Origin: a virus
Lineage: Duplodnaviria; Caudoviricetes
Length of the DNA stretch: 39,145 nucleotides
IMG/VR virus record: IMGVR_UViG_3300032305_000737
Location: 1 to 39,145 of that record
Direction: 5' to 3' (one strand)
Below, in pieces: positions 34,519 through 39,145 of the stretch. Under the pieces are notes generated by a model. It was not told where the DNA came from. It saw only the letters and a list, made by a program, of their open reading frames with translations, and did no database searches. Made by a program: the position numbers and the translations under genes. Each line of letters starts with the position of its first letter. The first letter of the stretch is position 1.

Positions 34519-35301
34519 ATGAGAACATTAGTAAGAAGTGTAGGCAGAGCAGATATTGGTGGCGAACCATTACCTCCAGTCTTTCGTTCACTTGATTCAA
34601 ACAAAATTATATTTCGTAGAGCAGAAGTCTCTATGCTTGCAGGTACTCCAGGTGTGGGAAAGTCCACCCTGGCACTGGCTTTAGCCCTTAAAATGAAGGT
34701 GCCAAGCCTCTACATTTCAGCAGATACCAACGCACACACTATGGCTATGCGTCTTGCGTCAATGATTAGCGGTAAGAATCAAACTGATGTTGAGATACTA
34801 ATGAATAGCGATTACGGTTGGACTAAAGCAACCCTCTCACGAGGCGCACACATTGTCTGGTCATTTGAATCTTCTCCTACTCTGCAAGATATAGACGAGG
34901 AAGTTCAAGCCTTTGAAGAATTGTGGGGTTGTCCACCTACTGCAATCTTTGTTGATAACTTAATGGACATTGCCACCGATGGTGGTGAAGAGTTCGCATC
35001 TATGCGTGCGATTATGAAGGAGTTGAAATTCCTTGCTCGTGATACTAACGCTGCTATTATTATTTTGCATCATACTTCTGAGGCTGTACCTGGAAATCCT
35101 TGCCAACCTAGGTCGGCTCTTCAAGGTAAAGTCGCGCAACTTCCTGCTCTTATCTGTACTCTTGGAGTTGTTGGTACTTCTATGGCTATTGCACCTGTAA
35201 AGAACAGATACGGAAGAGCAGATGCGAATGGAGATTTGCTAGCGTGGCTAGCATTTAATCCTGAATATATGTTTGTTGACGATATACCAGAAAACTCATA
35301 G
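34519..35301 (+). CDS. DnaB-like (SF4) helicase, ATPase domain only
   Basis: GTPGVGKS Walker A, IFVDNL Walker B, IILHH and VKNRYG. Confidence 0.88.
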   Translation: MRTLVRSVGRADIGGEPLPPVFRSLDSNKIIFRRAEVSMLAGTPGVGKSTLALALALKMKVPSLYISADTNAHTMAMRLASMISGKNQTDVEILMNSDYGWTKATLSRGAHIVWSFESSPTLQDIDEEVQAFEELWGCPPTAIFVDNLMDIATDGGEEFASMRAIMKELKFLARDTNAAIIILHHTSEAVPGNPCQPRSALQGKVAQLPALICTLGVVGTSMAIAPVKNRYGRADANGDLLAWLAFNPEYMFVDDIPENS

Positions 35302-35308
35302 GAGAAAA

Positions 35309-35506
35309 ATGATTAGAGAAGAAGAAGACGATATGACTCAAGAGATGCGTGCATTTGTTTTGCTTGAACTTAAACAAGAGACCGCTAAGTTAATCGAAAA
35401 GATTGAATCAGCCAAGGTTCCAATCACTGATGAGTGGACTGAAGGTGTTAACGCTGGATTAGAATGGGCAGTACGTATCCTCAAGAAGGATAAGAGTGCA
35501 TCCTAG
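35309..35506 (+). CDS. Hypothetical protein
   Basis: AGGAG before ATG 35309. Confidence 0.7.
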   Translation: MIREEEDDMTQEMRAFVLLELKQETAKLIEKIESAKVPITDEWTEGVNAGLEWAVRILKKDKSAS

Positions 35507-35851
35507 ATGCCATCCCAATCGCGTAAGCATCGGGGATATCGTAGTCAAAAAGTACTGGCTAATTATTTGGTTGACAACGGCTTCCCTTTTGCTGAGAGTA
35601 CTGGGGCTGGTCGCAGTGGGACTGACGTTACTGGGACTGTGGGCATTGATTGGGAAGTAAAGGCAAGAACAGGATTTAATCCTAGTGCTGCTATCCAGCA
35701 ATTAAAAGATAGAGCAAACGATGACCTAGGCATAGTAGTGCTACGCTTGAATGGTCAAGGAGAAAAGAGCGTATCCGATTGGGTTTGCTTACTCAGGTTG
35801 GAGGATGCAGTGAAACTATTAAGAGATGCAGGATATGGTGATAAGAATTGA
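35507..35851 (+). CDS. Holliday junction resolvase (Hjc-type PD-(D/E)XK)
   Basis: RKHRG...YL...GF...GTDV...EVKAR. Confidence 0.8.
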   Translation: MPSQSRKHRGYRSQKVLANYLVDNGFPFAESTGAGRSGTDVTGTVGIDWEVKARTGFNPSAAIQQLKDRANDDLGIVVLRLNGQGEKSVSDWVCLLRLEDAVKLLRDAGYGDKN

Positions 35852-36215
35852 CAGCGACCTTCCGCCAATCGCGGACATACTCAGACACTACGGTGCGAAT
35901 CTTAGACAAACACACGGGCAAGTTAATCTCAAGTGTCCTTTTCATTCAGACACACACCAGTCAGGAAGTGCAAACCTTGATAAGAACATCTTCATTTGTT
36001 TCGCCTGTGGTGTCCAAGGAAACAGCATTCAAATTATTGTCAGACAAGAGGGGATGAGTTTCAATGAAGCAAAGCATTTTGCAGAAGGAATTACTGGGCA
36101 AAGCAGCAGCAGGGTACGCGGAAAACATTTATCAGGCGGAAGATTACCTAAAAAGCAGAGGTATTCCACTGGAAGTAGCACGTCTGGCGTCATTAGGCGT
36201 AGTCGCGGAGCCTGA
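35835..36215 (+). CDS. DNA primase, CHC2 zinc-binding part
   Basis: CPFHSD...S...FICFACG; start (35826, 35835 or 35838) is uncertain. Confidence 0.85.
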   Translation: MVIRIDSDLPPIADILRHYGANLRQTHGQVNLKCPFHSDTHQSGSANLDKNIFICFACGVQGNSIQIIVRQEGMSFNEAKHFAEGITGQSSSRVRGKHLSGGRLPKKQRYSTGSSTSGVIRRSRGA

Positions 36216-36690
36216 GACAGGACACGAAGCCTTCAAGGGTAGATTATCTATCCCTTACATTACTAAAACTGGTGTAGTTGACTTAAGATTTAGAAGCCTT
36301 AATCCTGCAGTTGAACCCAAATATATGGGTATGACTGGTGCCGAGACCAAGATGTACAACGTACTAGATGTGGAGCGAGCAAATGATTTTATTGGAGTCT
36401 GTGAAGGAGAGTTGGATACCCTTACTCTGTCTGCTTGCATTGGGATTCCTTGTATTGGAGTACCAGGGGCGAACAGTTGGAAGAAGCACTACACACGATT
36501 GTTGGCGGACTTTGAAAGGGTTTTTGTATTCGCAGATGGCGACCAGCCTGGAACGGAATTCGCCCGTAGTCTTGCCCGCGAACTACCAGTTACTATCATT
36601 CAACTCCCAGACGGACACGATGTTAATTCGATGTTCGTGCAAGAAGGGGTTGACTACTTCAATCAAAAGATGGGTGTAAATGAACATTGA
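36064..36690 (+). CDS. DNA primase, TOPRIM catalytic part
   Basis: YLKSRGI, GRLSIP, PKY, VCEGELD, FADGDQPG and DVN. Confidence 0.9.
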   Translation: MKQSILQKELLGKAAAGYAENIYQAEDYLKSRGIPLEVARLASLGVVAEPETGHEAFKGRLSIPYITKTGVVDLRFRSLNPAVEPKYMGMTGAETKMYNVLDVERANDFIGVCEGELDTLTLSACIGIPCIGVPGANSWKKHYTRLLADFERVFVFADGDQPGTEFARSLARELPVTIIQLPDGHDVNSMFVQEGVDYFNQKMGVNEH

Positions 36691-37051
36691 GGATACTCCT
36701 CCCCATAATCATTGCAATGATTGCAACATAACCTTTCCCGATTCGTTTGCCTTGATAGACCATATGCTGGAAGATGATGAAGAGTTTGACCCGTACTACC
36801 TGTTGCCCTCTGGATTCAAACTTATGTTAGGGTCAATGCTACGGTTCTTGTTCGACAATGCAGACGACCCAGACCAGATTAAACTGATAACTCAGTCTAC
36901 TTATGTTACACTATTTGCTAGTGAGAATGGTTACGACCTAGTAGATGAGTTAGTCGAAGATATGATTGTCAGGTCTGCACTTCAAGACTTTGACCGAGAC
37001 TTACAAAACTTACTAGCGGAGGAACCAGATGACAACGAAGGCGGAGCGTGA
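36680..37051 (+). CDS. Acidic protein with N-terminal C2H2-like finger
   Basis: HCNDCNITFPDSFALIDH. Confidence 0.7.
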   Translation: MNIEDTPPHNHCNDCNITFPDSFALIDHMLEDDEEFDPYYLLPSGFKLMLGSMLRFLFDNADDPDQIKLITQSTYVTLFASENGYDLVDELVEDMIVRSALQDFDRDLQNLLAEEPDDNEGGA

Positions 37052-37181
37052 AGAGATATGGCAGATTATTCAGTATCTAACAAACTTGGGTTTAAACGTA
37101 GTAAAGACGGAGACTCAGGGAACTTTGTTGATGGTTTCGTTAGCCATTCCGTTATTGCACGCGAACTCCACCTCGAAGTAA
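37029..37181 (+). CDS. Possible 50-aa overlapping ORF
   Basis: MTTKAEREEIWQIIQYLTNLGLNVVKTETQGTLLMVSLAIPLLHANSTSK; GGAGG RBS; overlaps 37058..37441. Confidence 0.45.
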   Translation: MTTKAEREEIWQIIQYLTNLGLNVVKTETQGTLLMVSLAIPLLHANSTSK

Positions 37182-37441
37182 ATCTTGAAAACATAAGCAA
37201 AGAATTATCTGAACTGCTTATCTCCAAGCATAAAGATTACGGTCCAAAGAATATTTCCCAAGCACCAGGCGGTGCAATCAACGGCTTGCGTGTGCGTATG
37301 CACGACAAACTTGCTCGCATTAACAATCTGATTGACAGTGGCGCAAGCCCTGAGCACGAGTCCTTAGAAGACTCCTTCAAGGATATGGCTAACTATGCAA
37401 TCATTGGGTTGCTAGTGTTAAGGGGTAAGTGGGACGAATGA
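37058..37441 (+). CDS. Nucleotide-modification-associated domain 1 (DUF1599, MazG-like helical) protein
   Basis: KHKDYG...RMHDKLARI...ESLEDSFKDMANYAII. Confidence 0.75.
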   Translation: MADYSVSNKLGFKRSKDGDSGNFVDGFVSHSVIARELHLEVNLENISKELSELLISKHKDYGPKNISQAPGGAINGLRVRMHDKLARINNLIDSGASPEHESLEDSFKDMANYAIIGLLVLRGKWDE

Positions 37442-37824
37442 AAGAACAGGAGTTGTTCGACTGGCTCAAAGAAGAACATTTCCCAGACTTAATACACTCC
37501 CCAGAACTCTTCGATGGGTTTGACTGCATCACAGATATGTACAAGATGTTCATTGAACTTAAGTCACGCAATACACATTACGATACGTTGTTGCTTGAGA
37601 AGAAGAAGTACGACTTCCTCATCACTAAGTCTGCTGAACTTGAGTTAACACCTTACTACATTAACTATACACCTGAGGGTGTGTGGTCTTTTCGTCTTGA
37701 CCTGATGAATGATTTAGTCTGGGAAGATAAGTGGTTGCCAGTTACAACTGAGTTTGCTAACAAGAATAAGATGATGAAGCCAGTCACGTTCCTCAAAATA
37801 GTGGACGGGACAAAGATTAAATGA
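37438..37824 (+). CDS. PD-(D/E)XK-like nuclease-fold protein
   Basis: E...FDC...IELKSR; ATGA coupling. Confidence 0.6.
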   Translation: MKEQELFDWLKEEHFPDLIHSPELFDGFDCITDMYKMFIELKSRNTHYDTLLLEKKKYDFLITKSAELELTPYYINYTPEGVWSFRLDLMNDLVWEDKWLPVTTEFANKNKMMKPVTFLKIVDGTKIK

Positions 37825-38507
37825 TTGAATGGGAAAGAATAAAGCGTTGGGATTATGTAGTAGATGCTGTCGCATCTGAATACTCTCGTAAGTTTTCAAC
37901 CATTGACATTGAAGACATCAGACAATCCTTGTATCAGTGGTTTGTAGAGCACCCAAATAAACTAGATGCTTGGGAAGAGATAGGTGACAAGGATGCAAAG
38001 AACCTTATCTATCGTAGCCTACGCAATCAAGCCTTAGATTATTGCAACCATTGGAAAGCAAAGTCTGGTGGGTATGAGACTAGCGATTTATTCTTTTATG
38101 AAGCAGATATGGTTGAGGCTTTGTTGCCTCCTGTATTGCGTGGAGAGTGGGGCGTAACCCACAAACTAAATCTTGGTAGAACTGGTCGCCCTTCTGCACC
38201 TAACGAGGGTGGCAATCTTATGGCAATGATGATTGAAGTTGACTATGCGTTTTGGAAACTGCCAAAGGATGACAGGAAAGTATTATTCCTACGCTATGCA
38301 GAGTCAATGGACTTCGGTGACATTGCAAAAGAATTAGATATGGGCACAGAGGATGCAGTTCGTATGCGTCACAAGCGTGCCATTCGTAAACTCATCAACA
38401 AGATTGGTGGGTTCAAACCATTTCGCGATTATGACGATGCCCCTCAGGAAGACTCAGGCGTTGACTCTGCTGGGTCTACCCAAAGTGACTCGCCATATGA
38501 GTCGTAG
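37821..38507 (+). CDS. Phage RNA polymerase sigma factor (sigma70/ECF-like)
   Basis: Region 2-like IEDIRQ...RNQALDY and region 4 HTH LPKDDRKVLFLRY...DIAKEL...VRMRHKRAIRKL. Confidence 0.85.
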   Translation: MIEWERIKRWDYVVDAVASEYSRKFSTIDIEDIRQSLYQWFVEHPNKLDAWEEIGDKDAKNLIYRSLRNQALDYCNHWKAKSGGYETSDLFFYEADMVEALLPPVLRGEWGVTHKLNLGRTGRPSAPNEGGNLMAMMIEVDYAFWKLPKDDRKVLFLRYAESMDFGDIAKELDMGTEDAVRMRHKRAIRKLINKIGGFKPFRDYDDAPQEDSGVDSAGSTQSDSPYES

Positions 38508-38599
38508 AACTCTTCAATCTCTTTACCGCTAGCAAACTGTAACTCTTTATTCTGTGGCTCACAATTACTGCAACCACCATTCTCACATACTGTACACAT
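38444..38599 (-). CDS. 51-aa Cys-rich microprotein
   Basis: MCTVCENGGCSNC...; AGGAGG RBS; converges on and overlaps the sigma gene 3' end. Confidence 0.65.
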   Translation of the reverse strand: MCTVCENGGCSNCEPQNKELQFASGKEIEEFYDSYGESLWVDPAESTPESS

Positions 38600-38600
38600 A

Positions 38601-38774
38601 CTATCCTCCTGTTGAATAAAATCCAGTTCCTTTGAACTGAACCGCTGGTGTTGAATATATCCTACTTGATACCTGTCCGCAAGGGCAAGTAACTTCTTCA
38701 TCTCGTTCTTCTGTCTTGCGACTTAAGACTATAAGTGAATGACACTTGCGACACCGATACTCATACGTTGGCAT
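38601..38774 (-). CDS. FmdB-family zinc ribbon protein
   Basis: MPTYEYRCRKC...CPCG...FKGTGFYST. Confidence 0.85.
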   Translation of the reverse strand: MPTYEYRCRKCHSLIVLSRKTEERDEEVTCPCGQVSSRIYSTPAVQFKGTGFYSTGG

Positions 38775-38905
38775 TAGAACTCGAATCCTATATACCAAAA
38801 CCCTATGGTTAGGTCAAAGTTGTACTTGCTAATCTGAAATCCAATACCAAATCCACTCGCCTTGCCCCAATAAAACCAAGACTTCCCAATTTTTTTCTCA
38901 CTCAT
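38774..38905 (-). CDS. 43-aa aromatic-rich microprotein
   Basis: MSEKKIGKSWFYWGKASGFGIGFQISKYNFDLTIGFWYIGFEF; coupled on both sides. Confidence 0.65.
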   Translation of the reverse strand: MSEKKIGKSWFYWGKASGFGIGFQISKYNFDLTIGFWYIGFEF

Positions 38906-39081
38906 TCATCTCTCCAATCCATAGGTGTTGGTGCAGTGCTGATTGCCTTGCACTCTTTGCATTCCTGTCTTAAGTCATACCAACTTACTTCTCTTGTCTC
39001 TTCATCCCACATTACTGTGACCACAAACATCTTGCACCCACAAATACAGGTTAGTATAGGTTTGCCAGTTAAGTCAAGCAC
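38902..39081 (-). CDS. 59-aa zinc-binding protein (CxCG...CxxC...APTP)
   Basis: GTG start right after the transglycosylase stop; extends out of the terminal repeat, supporting circularity. Confidence 0.7.
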   Translation of the reverse strand: MLDLTGKPILTCICGCKMFVVTVMWDEETREVSWYDLRQECKECKAISTAPTPMDWRDE

Positions 39082-39145
39082 TTAGTACCAGCCCTTGTTG
39101 TGGTGCAACCAAGCCTTACAGGGTGTGCCATAACGATACTCGATA
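39023..39145. repeat. Terminal direct repeat, copy 2
   Basis: Identical to 1-123. Confidence 0.95.

Overview
This window is an apparently complete, circularly permuted genome of a tailed dsDNA phage. Bases 1-123 are repeated exactly at 39023-39145, giving a unit length of about 39,022 bp. A WhiB regulator, an actinobacterial-type transglycosylase, a split primase and a phage sigma factor point to an actinobacterial host and resemble uncultured freshwater actinophages (inference). There are three modules. (1) A minus-strand early operon runs from about 3936 across the junction to 38444 and consists mostly of microproteins missing from the ORF track. (2) A plus-strand virion and lysis operon at 4750-32839 has podovirus-like architecture: terminase, portal, large putative ejection proteins, scaffold, major capsid protein (MCP), adaptor, fibres, nozzle and lysis genes, with no tape measure or tail tube recognised. 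(3) A replication module at 33153-38507 encodes a split Cas4/RecB-like nuclease, helicase, resolvase, split primase and sigma factor. No DNA polymerase, integrase, tRNA or CRISPR array was recognised. The most unusual signals are two mini tRNA-like elements in the early operon, a conserved GACAGGAGAA start-associated motif (once inside a predicted pseudoknot), perfect CRP-type boxes, a proteasome-beta/HslV-like protease after the portal, six tiny lysine-rich genes after the capsid gene, and an Fe-S nuclease whose Cys ligands are split over two ORFs. All calls were made by eye and no database searches were run.
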